DNA of 49,106 nt. Source: Candidatus Woesearchaeota archaeon. GTDB lineage: Archaea > Nanobdellota > Nanobdellia > Woesearchaeales > GW2011-AR4. This document shows positions 1 to 7,571 of the stretch, piece after piece; position 1 is the stretch's first letter; each line of letters starts with the position of its first letter. The translations under genes were made by a program, and so were the position numbers. Location: the NCBI GenBank assembly GCA_016211245.1, contig JACQSQ010000055.1, positions 1 to 49,106 on the forward strand, written 5' to 3'. The notes under the pieces were generated by a model. That model saw nothing but the letters and a program-made list of their open reading frames with translations. It ran no database searches and was not told the origin of the DNA.

Positions 1-27
1 GATATGTAAATATCAAACATTTTTCAC

Positions 28-552
28 CTATTCTTCACTCAAAATCCACTTCGCAGCATCCAACAAATCCCTTGCAACATAATTCGCTTCTGAATTTTCT
101 TTTTCTTTCATTCCGTTGCCTGTCAATACTAAAATACTTTTGCAGCCTGCGTTGTGGCCCATTTCAATATCTATTCTTTTGTCGCCTATCATGAATGATT
201 TGCTTAAATCAATATCAAAATCTTTTTCTGCATCCTTAATTAGTTTTGCCTTTGGCTTTCGGCATTCGCAGTTATCCTCAGGCTTATGCGGGCAGACATA
301 GATTTTTTCTATCTTGATATTGTGCTTTTTCAGCTCCTGAATCAAGTGGTTACTGAAATTCTCAAAATCTTCCATTTTATAAAATCCGCGGCCAATTCCA
401 CTTTGATTTGTAACAATAATCAATTTAAAAGTCTTCAATAATCTGAGGCCTTCAACCACGTTTGGGATTAATTTAAAATCTTCCAGCTTGTGATGATATC
501 CAACATCCTCAACCAAGGCTCCATCTCGGTCAAGGAAAACTGACTTTGTCAT
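28..552 (-). CDS. gmhB: D-glycero-D-manno-heptose 1,7-bisphosphate phosphatase (HAD-IIIA, GmhB-like)
   Basis: 174 aa. HAD motif I 'FLDRDG', 'VTNQSGIGRG', Zn-binding insert 'CPHKPEDNCECRKP' and 'GDKRIDIEMG'. Lies 5 nt downstream of the heptose kinase gene. Confidence 0.8.
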   Translation of the reverse strand: MTKSVFLDRDGALVEDVGYHHKLEDFKLIPNVVEGLRLLKTFKLIIVTNQSGIGRGFYKMEDFENFSNHLIQELKKHNIKIEKIYVCPHKPEDNCECRKPKAKLIKDAEKDFDIDLSKSFMIGDKRIDIEMGHNAGCKSILVLTGNGMKEKENSEANYVARDLLDAAKWILSEE

Positions 553-557
553 AATTT

Positions 558-1523
558 TTATATCTCCTTTTTTATTTCCTCAATGCTTACGGAAGCGGTT
601 CCTATTTTCCCAACTTTTATTCCAGCCGCTATGTTCGCAAGTAAAGCTGATTCTTTCAAATCTGCCCCGGATGCCATTGCAAGCGCCGCAGTCGCAACAA
701 CTGTGTCTCCTGCTCCAATTAAACTATAAACTTCCTTTGCATTAGCTGGAATGTGAGTTGTATTCCCATTTTTCTCAAACAGGGACATTCCTTTTTCCCC
801 TCTTGTTATCAAGACATTCGTATTAAGATTTTTTAGCAGCTTATTTCCAATCTCAATAACAGTTTCATCGCTTCCGTCCTCGATTCCCGACATTTCACTT
901 GCTTCTGCATTATTTGGAGTTATTAAATCAACATTTAAATAGAAATCCCTGTGCTTCGGCTTTGGGTCAACAATAATCAATTTTTTATTCTGTCTTGCTA
1001 AATCTATTAATTTTCTGCTTAATTCTTTTGTTATTACGCCTTTTGCATAATCTGAGATAACAACAACATCAATTTCCTTGATGTTTTTTTCAATGAATTT
1101 TATTATTGAAGCCTCAATATCCTTATGAATATGCTCCTTATTTTCATAATCAACCCTCAGCAACTGCTGACCTTTTCCCAATATCCTGACTTTCTGGGTT
1201 GTCGGCTTGTCCTTGTCTTGTATAATGCCTTCTGTGTTGATGCACTTCTTTCTCATCTCTTCCATCAGGATATTTCTTGCTTCGTCATTGCCGGAGATTC
1301 CAACCATGTATGGAAAACCGCCTAAGGCAGCTATGTTGTTGGCTACATTAGCAGCACCTCCTGCCTCAAAAGTCTCTTTCAGGACATTCACGACCTGGAC
1401 AGGAGCTTCCGGCGATATTCTTGAAACATCCCCCCAAATGTATTTGTCAAGCATTATATCTCCAATGACTAAGATTTTCTTTTCCTTGAAATTATCCAAT
1501 ATTTTTAATAATTTATTTTTCAT
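558..1523 (-). CDS. hldA: D-glycero-beta-D-manno-heptose-7-phosphate kinase (RfaE/HldE domain I-like, PfkB family), stand-alone
   Basis: 321 aa. N-terminal 'VIGDIMLDKYIWGDVSRISPEAPVQVV' is the RfaE domain I signature. PfkB C-terminal motif 'GAGDTVVATAALAMASG'. No fused adenylyltransferase domain. Confidence 0.8.
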   Translation of the reverse strand: MKNKLLKILDNFKEKKILVIGDIMLDKYIWGDVSRISPEAPVQVVNVLKETFEAGGAANVANNIAALGGFPYMVGISGNDEARNILMEEMRKKCINTEGIIQDKDKPTTQKVRILGKGQQLLRVDYENKEHIHKDIEASIIKFIEKNIKEIDVVVISDYAKGVITKELSRKLIDLARQNKKLIIVDPKPKHRDFYLNVDLITPNNAEASEMSGIEDGSDETVIEIGNKLLKNLNTNVLITRGEKGMSLFEKNGNTTHIPANAKEVYSLIGAGDTVVATAALAMASGADLKESALLANIAAGIKVGKIGTASVSIEEIKKEI

Positions 1524-1533
1524 TTATTTCACC

Positions 1534-2460
1534 TTATTCTTTGAATTTATCATTCTCCAACCCATTTATCAATAACCTGTGCAATGTGGGGATTGTCTGC
1601 TCATGTCTTCCAATTATTATAAATCCCTTTCCGCCCAATGAAGTCGGCCTTGAAACTACATTTTCCCTTGGCCTGTACTGGTTGCTCATATCAAAATTTG
1701 CTGCTGTTATTTTCCTGACTTTATAGCCCAGATTTCTGGCAATTGTCAAGGCTTTCAAAAATACTTCCGGCAAAACTACTGCACAGCCAATATTTAAGAT
1801 AACTCCTTCTTCCAGTTTGCTGACACTTTCTGCAAAAATCTTGAAATCATGGTAAGAAGTTTTTCCGATTGCAGCGCCATCGCAGCTTGGATGCTGATGA
1901 ATTATATCAGTCCCTATAGCGACATGAACTGTAACAGGAATGCCAAGCTTGTAAGCATTATAAAGAATGCTATACTCCTTATTCGGCAAACTCAGGTCAT
2001 TTATTTTCTTGCCGATAGCATAGCCCATGCCATGATTGTTATTTGCGCCTTCCTTTATGGCTTCATTCAGGATTTTTCCGGTTTCCTCAATCATGCCAAA
2101 AGTGCCGTCTTCAATTGTTTTTTCAACATATTCGGAAGTTTCTCCAATCAAAGCCAATTCAAAGTCATGAATCGGGCCTGCGCCGTTCACTGCTATATGA
2201 TTTATTATTCCCTTTTTCATCAGGTCTATTATCAACAAACTCATTCCAACCTTTATCACATGAGCGCCCATCATGAAAATAACTTGCTTATTCCTGACAA
2301 CAGCATTTGTTGTTATATCACATAACTCATTCAATTCAATAGAATCAAAAATAATTTTAGAATTCTCAGTCTTAACCAAATCTTTTAATTTTACCTTATT
2401 CTTTCTCTGCTTTATTGGAATCGTTTTTATCTTGTTGAAGTCTAGCATTTTATTCCTCAT
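1534..2460 (-). CDS. deoxyhypusine-synthase-like (DHS-like Rossmann fold) protein, role unknown
   Basis: 308 aa. 'MGAHVIKVGMSLLIIDLMKKGIINHIAVNGAGPIHDFE' and 'GIPVTVHVAIGTDIIHQHP' resemble DHS-family segments (weak recognition from memory). Overlaps the cupin gene by 11 nt and sits in the same operon as the heptose genes. Confidence 0.35.
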   Translation of the reverse strand: MRNKMLDFNKIKTIPIKQRKNKVKLKDLVKTENSKIIFDSIELNELCDITTNAVVRNKQVIFMMGAHVIKVGMSLLIIDLMKKGIINHIAVNGAGPIHDFELALIGETSEYVEKTIEDGTFGMIEETGKILNEAIKEGANNNHGMGYAIGKKINDLSLPNKEYSILYNAYKLGIPVTVHVAIGTDIIHQHPSCDGAAIGKTSYHDFKIFAESVSKLEEGVILNIGCAVVLPEVFLKALTIARNLGYKVRKITAANFDMSNQYRPRENVVSRPTSLGGKGFIIIGRHEQTIPTLHRLLINGLENDKFKE

Positions 2461-2860
2461 TTAATTTTCTTGCAGGGCGCAATTTTACATTGTCGCCATC
2501 GTCAGTTGTTGATATTTCCATGATGGTGCTCTTGGGTGTTAATGACCTGAATGTGTGAACAACCCCCGGCTTCAGCCTGAATTTGTCCCCTTTGTTCAAA
2601 ACTATTGTTTGAGCGGGGGAGTTTAAGCTATTTGCATAAGTAAGCGAGATCTGACCTTCGAGGATTATGAAAGTCTCATCCTTTCGCTCGTGATAATGCC
2701 AGCTTGATTCAAACCCTTCATTCAATATCAAAAGCTTGCTGCAATATTTTTCGTTGTTCTCAACCCATAATTCGTAGCCCCAAAGGTGGCCGTGCCTTTC
2801 GCCTTTAAATTCCGCCAAAAACTGGACATGACCCTCTTTGAGTTTTTCCTCTTCTGACAT
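2450..2860 (-). CDS. small cupin-domain protein (sugar-phosphate isomerase or epimerase-like cupin)
   Basis: 136 aa. Cupin metal motif context 'SSWHYHERKDETFIILEG' and 'GVVHTF'. First gene of the cupin/DHS-like/hldA/gmhB operon. Confidence 0.55.
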   Translation of the reverse strand: MSEEEKLKEGHVQFLAEFKGERHGHLWGYELWVENNEKYCSKLLILNEGFESSWHYHERKDETFIILEGQISLTYANSLNSPAQTIVLNKGDKFRLKPGVVHTFRSLTPKSTIMEISTTDDGDNVKLRPARKLNEE

Positions 2861-2978
2861 TTTATCACTTAGTATGAACTTTTCATACCTTATTTATAAG
2901 CTTTTCGCTTTTGAATTGTATACTACAGAATATAAAACTATATAAAGTCATACTTTTTACTACTTAATCATACCTGAA

Positions 2979-3731
2979 ATGACAAAATCAAAGATTGCGA
3001 TATCGATGGATAATGGCTTATTGAGGCTTATAGATTCAAAAGTAGATGGAAGCATAATAAGGAGCAGGTCGCAGGCGATTGAATTTTTTCTTAAGAAAGG
3101 ACTGCAGGAGCAATCTGTCAATGTGGCTGTTTTACTCCTAAAGGGCGAGCACCAGGAAAATGCGCTGAAGGAAATAAAAGGAACCCCATTGCTCAGGCAA
3201 CAGATCGAATTTTTTGCAAATCATGGGATAAAAACTGTTTATATTATAACACAGCACACCAAAAATATGAATTCCCTAATTAGCGAAATATCTTATGCAA
3301 AGATAAATGCCGAAATCATTGAGAAACAGGCAAAAGGAAATGCAGAAGCCCTGTCTGCGGTAAAAGACAGAATAAACAATTCTTTTATTGTAATGTCCGG
3401 CGACACGTATAACAATTTTGACCTGCTGAAAATGATAAAAAAGCACGCAGATTCTGACAAACTGGCAACAATGGGATTAATGACACGGGAAAAAGCGTCA
3501 AGCTACGGAACTGCAATCCTGGATGGAGACTTGGTTGTTGATTTTCAGGAAAAGCCGAAGCATTATTCGACGAATATAGTGAATGCGGGGATTTATGTTT
3601 TCAAGCCTGAATTATTTGAGCTGTTTGAGGACGCAGTTTCTCTGGAGAAAGATTTATTTCCGAGGCTGGCAAGATTAAAGCAGTTGGTCGGGTTTTTCAC
3701 GTATGGGGAGTATGTGCATATGGGGGATTGA
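2979..3731 (+). CDS. ribbon-helix-helix domain fused to a degenerate sugar-phosphate nucleotidyltransferase-like domain
   Basis: 250 aa. N-terminus 'KIAISMDNGLLRLIDSKVDGSIIRSRSQAIEFFLKKGL' is CopG/RHH-like. The rest aligns by eye to NTP_transferase ('SGDTY', 'YGTAIL', 'QEKPK', 'VNAGIYVF'). The catalytic 'LAGGxGTRL' loop is replaced by 'LLLKGEHQEN'. Confidence 0.55.
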   Translation: MTKSKIAISMDNGLLRLIDSKVDGSIIRSRSQAIEFFLKKGLQEQSVNVAVLLLKGEHQENALKEIKGTPLLRQQIEFFANHGIKTVYIITQHTKNMNSLISEISYAKINAEIIEKQAKGNAEALSAVKDRINNSFIVMSGDTYNNFDLLKMIKKHADSDKLATMGLMTREKASSYGTAILDGDLVVDFQEKPKHYSTNIVNAGIYVFKPELFELFEDAVSLEKDLFPRLARLKQLVGFFTYGEYVHMGD

Positions 3732-3734
3732 AAG

Positions 3735-4142
3735 ATGCAAGAAGACTTTTACTTGGACACTTCAATTTGGCTCGATTTTTATGAAAAAAGAGGAAAAAAT
3801 GGCGAGTCAGCTCTAAAATTAATTCTGAAAATAATCAATGAAGACCTTAAAGTATCCTATTCTGACCTGCATGTTAGGGAACTTAAAAAACTAAATTACA
3901 GCCCAAATGAAATCAATTCTATATTCAGCATAGCCAAGCCAAAAAATCTCCAACATGTTCATATTTACAGAGAACAAAAAGAAGATGCCAAAAATATTGC
4001 AAGAAAAAGAAATATTCCCGAGGGCGATGTGCTACATGCCATTTTGTGCAGGGATAACAATCTGCAGTTAATATCACGGGATAATGATTTTCTAAGGTTA
4101 ACAGATATTTCTGAAGTAAAATTGCCGGAAGATTTCATTTAA
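3735..4142 (+). CDS. PIN-domain nuclease (VapC-like)
   Basis: 135 aa. 'YLDTSIWLDF' supplies the N-terminal acidic residue and 'LISRDNDF' the C-terminal one. Starts 3 nt after the RHH-NTase-like gene. Confidence 0.65.
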   Translation: MQEDFYLDTSIWLDFYEKRGKNGESALKLILKIINEDLKVSYSDLHVRELKKLNYSPNEINSIFSIAKPKNLQHVHIYREQKEDAKNIARKRNIPEGDVLHAILCRDNNLQLISRDNDFLRLTDISEVKLPEDFI

Positions 4143-4389
4143 GTTCTCTGTCAAGTTCCTCAAATGCTTTTTCTCTGGCTACATGTAATTGGGCATCAGT
4201 TGTCTTTCTTTTTGAAGCACCATACAGGCTTTTTGCCCTTAGAATCAATTCTTCCTTTTCCAAATCCTTTATTTTATCTCTTATAGCTTCCCTGATGAAC
4301 TCTGTTTTAGTGGTATATCTGTGTTTTTTCATGATATTTTCTATGTCTTTGAGAAATTCGTTTTCGAGCTTTAGGCTTATAGATTCCAT
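4135..4389 (-). CDS. CopG/RHH-family small DNA-binding protein (antitoxin-like)
   Basis: 84 aa. 'ISLKLENEFLKDIENIMKKHRYTTKTEFIREAIRDKI' has a beta-strand/helix/helix RHH pattern. Convergent with the PIN gene; the 3' ends overlap by 8 nt. Confidence 0.65.
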   Translation of the reverse strand: MESISLKLENEFLKDIENIMKKHRYTTKTEFIREAIRDKIKDLEKEELILRAKSLYGASKRKTTDAQLHVAREKAFEELDRELK

Positions 4390-4392
4390 GAT

Positions 4393-4405
4393 ATTACTTA
4401 GTAAT
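4393..4405. promoter_or_regulatory. perfect 6-1-6 inverted repeat ATTACT-t-AGTAAT, candidate RHH operator
   Basis: Lies 4 nt upstream of the ATG of the 84-aa RHH gene (minus strand), between that ATG and an AT-rich 'tatttatata' TATA-like box at about 4414-4425. Confidence 0.4.
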
Positions 4406-4499
4406 ACTAGATAGTATATAAATATTTCGGATTGATTGAGAGTACAAAATTATTGATTGGGTTTTTTACGTAGGGCGAATTACGCATATGGAAGCATGA

Positions 4500-5309
4500 T
4501 TATCTTCTATATAATGCAATAAAATTTGGAACTTTTATTTCAGGCGCATCTCTCCCTTCTATGTAACTACTCTGCCTTTTTACATCAAATGCAGATGCAC
4601 TTGTGTCCCCATCTAAAGCACCTACAATTACGCATCTATGCTGCTGTCTCATATATCTATCGCCCAAAGTAAAATTAGTGTTTTTGAAAATTACATCAAC
4701 GAGATTGCCGTCTTTAGTCAAACCTATAAGGTTTCTTGGAATTTTTTTATCATTTTCATTTTCTGCATACAATCTCTGTCCATTATAATGCAAAAGATTC
4801 AATTGTAAGGCATCATTAACTCTATATTTACCATCTCTTATTTTGAAATCTCTCACCAAAATATCTATAGGGATTATATGTATCTGACCATTTTTATCAG
4901 TAAAAAGAACTCCATCTCCAACACCCTGCACGTATGGCATTTTCTCTTTGCCATTATGGATTTCAAGACCACTTGCTGCATCTTTATTCCTAAACAAGCT
5001 TCCGTTAAAGCAAACATATGCACCAATTTTGTCTCTAACCCATTGAGTAGTTTCAAAATAATCTTTTATCCCAGTAAGCTCTTCTCCTGTAACTACATCT
5101 GCTCGATATCTACCTGCTTGTGCTATTGTAATAAAACCATGGTTTTCATCAACCCACTTGCCTAGTGGTACGACTATAGTCTGAATAGGTGGTGTTTGAA
5201 TAGTAGATTGTTGTGCAATCAACGTGCTTGGAGATAAAGCAGCACCTGTAGTTCCTAACGTAATTAGTCTTACAAAATCTCTTCTACCAATTTCATGATC
5301 TAATACCAT
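4500..5309 (-). CDS. secreted (twin-arginine signal) phosphodiester glycosidase-like protein (DUF2233-like)
   Basis: 269 aa. N-terminus 'GRRDFVRLITLGTTGAALS' looks like a Tat signal. 'CFNGSLF', 'LIGLTKDGNLVDVIF' and 'GALDGDTSAS' resemble the DUF2233/NAGPA pattern (from memory). Confidence 0.45.
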   Translation of the reverse strand: MVLDHEIGRRDFVRLITLGTTGAALSPSTLIAQQSTIQTPPIQTIVVPLGKWVDENHGFITIAQAGRYRADVVTGEELTGIKDYFETTQWVRDKIGAYVCFNGSLFRNKDAASGLEIHNGKEKMPYVQGVGDGVLFTDKNGQIHIIPIDILVRDFKIRDGKYRVNDALQLNLLHYNGQRLYAENENDKKIPRNLIGLTKDGNLVDVIFKNTNFTLGDRYMRQQHRCVIVGALDGDTSASAFDVKRQSSYIEGRDAPEIKVPNFIALYRR

Positions 5310-5371
5310 ATGATTAGAATAACAATCCCATTTTTAAATCTTTATATTTGTACCACTAAGAAATAGTATCT

Positions 5372-6505
5372 TCAAACCAACTTCTCCACTTCCTTTAAAA
5401 CGTCATCAACGCTAATATTCTTCATGCACTTTTGGTAATCATTTGAATTTCTTGGATACAGACAATCTGGAACTTGGCCTTTGTGGACATTGATACATGG
5501 GCTGAATTGACAATTATAACCTTTATACAGTCCAATATTTCCTTTTCCGTAAGGCCCAAAGCGAACAGGCGAGTTTGGTCCAAACAATCCCAATGTCTTA
5601 ATGCCCTGCGCTGCTGCTATATGCATAGGGCCAGAATCATTTCCAATGAATAATTTACATTTTGTCATCAAGCAAAATAATTGATTTAGATTAATCTGAC
5701 CTGCCGCGTTTATTGTTTTGTCTTTATGCTCCATCTTTTCCTGTATGGATTTTATCAAGTCATTCTCTTCTGGAATTCCTGTAAAAACAATTTTTACAGC
5801 ATATTTCAAAATGATTTCATCGCACAATTCAGCATACATATCAAAAGGCCACATTCTGGCTTTTGCTGACTCTGCAGCTCCAGGCGCAACACAGACAAGA
5901 AAATCATTGCTCTTAATTTCATTATTTTTTAAAAATGAATCAACTTTATTTTTGTCATTCTTTGAATAATTTAAATTTGACAATTTATCGGCGTCGTAAT
6001 TAATTTTAAGTTCCCTTACCAAATCCAGAAATGTCTGTACTGCATGCTGCTTGTCATTGTATTTGACTTTATAGTCATATAATTTTACTCTTGCGCCGTG
6101 AGAATACCCGACAATGCTTTTGCCGGCAAAGAAAGACGCCAAAGCAGACACATTGAGGTATTCCTCCATGTCAAAAGCCAAGTCATATTTTTTTAGATTT
6201 TTAATCATAAACTTAATTATAGAGAATGGGTTTAATTTTATTAATTGCAAATTATCCAAATTTTTGTTATCATAAAAAACATCCTTGTTCCTTGCAGTTG
6301 CCAAGACATCAATCTGAGCTTTTGGATATTCCTTTCTCAAAGCCTCAAGCGCAGGCAGCATCAATATAGTTTCACCTATGCCCCAAAGCTGCACGACAAT
6401 AATTTTATTTACACTTCCAATCTTTTTTCCCTTATGAAACAACCCAAGAAAATTGCACAGCAGATTGCCAAGCCACTTGTCTACGAATTTTACGACTAAT
6501 ACCAT
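5372..6505 (-). CDS. glycosyltransferase family 9 (heptosyltransferase-like)
   Basis: 377 aa. 'WGIGETILMLPALEALRKEYPKAQIDVLA' and 'IGNDSGPMHIAAAQG' are classic GT9 motifs. Confidence 0.8.
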   Translation of the reverse strand: MVLVVKFVDKWLGNLLCNFLGLFHKGKKIGSVNKIIVVQLWGIGETILMLPALEALRKEYPKAQIDVLATARNKDVFYDNKNLDNLQLIKLNPFSIIKFMIKNLKKYDLAFDMEEYLNVSALASFFAGKSIVGYSHGARVKLYDYKVKYNDKQHAVQTFLDLVRELKINYDADKLSNLNYSKNDKNKVDSFLKNNEIKSNDFLVCVAPGAAESAKARMWPFDMYAELCDEIILKYAVKIVFTGIPEENDLIKSIQEKMEHKDKTINAAGQINLNQLFCLMTKCKLFIGNDSGPMHIAAAQGIKTLGLFGPNSPVRFGPYGKGNIGLYKGYNCQFSPCINVHKGQVPDCLYPRNSNDYQKCMKNISVDDVLKEVEKLV

Positions 6506-6552
6506 AAAATAAAGTAAATTTACAGGCTATTTAAATCTATAGCCGGCTATAA

Positions 6553-6897
6553 TTATTTCTTCTTTCCCCTGTTCATGGCAAGCTGCCTTACAATAGTTTC
6601 AACCTGCTTCTGCGTCTTTCTTATTATTGTGTAGGTGTAGAATGCAGACGCAATCAAAAACAAAAATCCGCTCACGATCAAAACATCCAAAGCCCTGAAA
6701 AACCCGAAATATACGACTATTGGATCGAGAATTGACGGGAATAAGGCTATTATGATAAAAACCACCCATGCGACAGCCCAAAAGGCAAATTCTTTTGCTG
6801 TAAACTCCTTTTTCTTGTAGTTTATAAAAGAATAGTAAATGAAAAACAAACCAAACAAAATTCCAGCAATCTGTATTCCCAAAACCATAATTCTCAC
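6553..6897 (-). CDS. small 3-4 TM membrane protein (DUF2304-like, GT2-associated)
   Basis: 114 aa and hydrophobic. Overlaps the upstream GT2 gene by 4 nt, an arrangement typical of DUF2304 genes. Confidence 0.5.
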   Translation of the reverse strand: MRIMVLGIQIAGILFGLFFIYYSFINYKKKEFTAKEFAFWAVAWVVFIIIALFPSILDPIVVYFGFFRALDVLIVSGFLFLIASAFYTYTIIRKTQKQVETIVRQLAMNRGKKK

Positions 6898-7571
6898 CTT
6901 GCATTACTTCCGTTAAAAAGTTTCCACCAAATCATGTTCAAGACAATTTTTATTCCATCAATGACAGTTGTGCCTTTGTACCTGTCAGAGTATATTGTCT
7001 GGATGGGAATCTGCACATATTTTAATCTTTGCCTTCCCGCCCTTGCTATCATCTCGGATTCCATTGAATAATCAGGGGCATTCCATCTTATTTTTTTGTA
7101 AGATTCTCTAGAAAAAGCCCTGAACCCGCATTGGGTGTCATTAATCCTAATTCCATAAAGAAGCTCAACTATATTGGATATAATCCAATTCCCAAACCTC
7201 AAAACCAATGGCATCTTTCTGCTTAATTTCCTGTAGCTAAAAACAATATCATACTTATTCAATTTTTCAATAAATCTTGGGATGTCATGCGGGTCGTGCT
7301 GGGCGTCAGCGTCCAAAACCACGATGAATCTTGCCCCGCTTTTCAAAGCAAAATCGCATCCAGTTTTCAATGAAGCTCCTTTGCCCAAATTTATAATATG
7401 CCTCAGGACTGTTGCGCCAGCTTTTTCGCCAAGCGAAGCTGTTTTATCTGTTGAGCCGTCATCAACTAATAAAACTTCATCTGCAAAAGCTCTTGCTTTT
7501 TTAATCACCTTGAAAATATTCTTCTCCTCGTTGCAGGCAGGAATCACAACCCAGATGTTGTTTGTTTTCAT
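6894..7571 (-). CDS. GT2 glycosyltransferase (dolichyl/polyprenyl-phosphate sugar synthase-like)
   Basis: 225 aa. 'VVIPACNEEKNI', 'LLVDDGSTDKT', 'VLDADAQHDP'. Its ATG overlaps the AglB stop as ATGA (7568-7571). Confidence 0.8.
   Translation of the reverse strand: MKTNNIWVVIPACNEEKNIFKVIKKARAFADEVLLVDDGSTDKTASLGEKAGATVLRHIINLGKGASLKTGCDFALKSGARFIVVLDADAQHDPHDIPRFIEKLNKYDIVFSYRKLSRKMPLVLRFGNWIISNIVELLYGIRINDTQCGFRAFSRESYKKIRWNAPDYSMESEMIARAGRQRLKYVQIPIQTIYSDRYKGTTVIDGIKIVLNMIWWKLFNGSNAR

Noticed and set aside
6599-6904. A 101-aa alternative-frame ORF overlapping the DUF2304-like gene on the same strand.
   Set aside because: The 6553-6897 frame gives a clean multi-TM protein with a 4-nt overlap to the upstream GT2 stop. 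The alternative frame is Cys/Arg-rich with no membrane or domain features.
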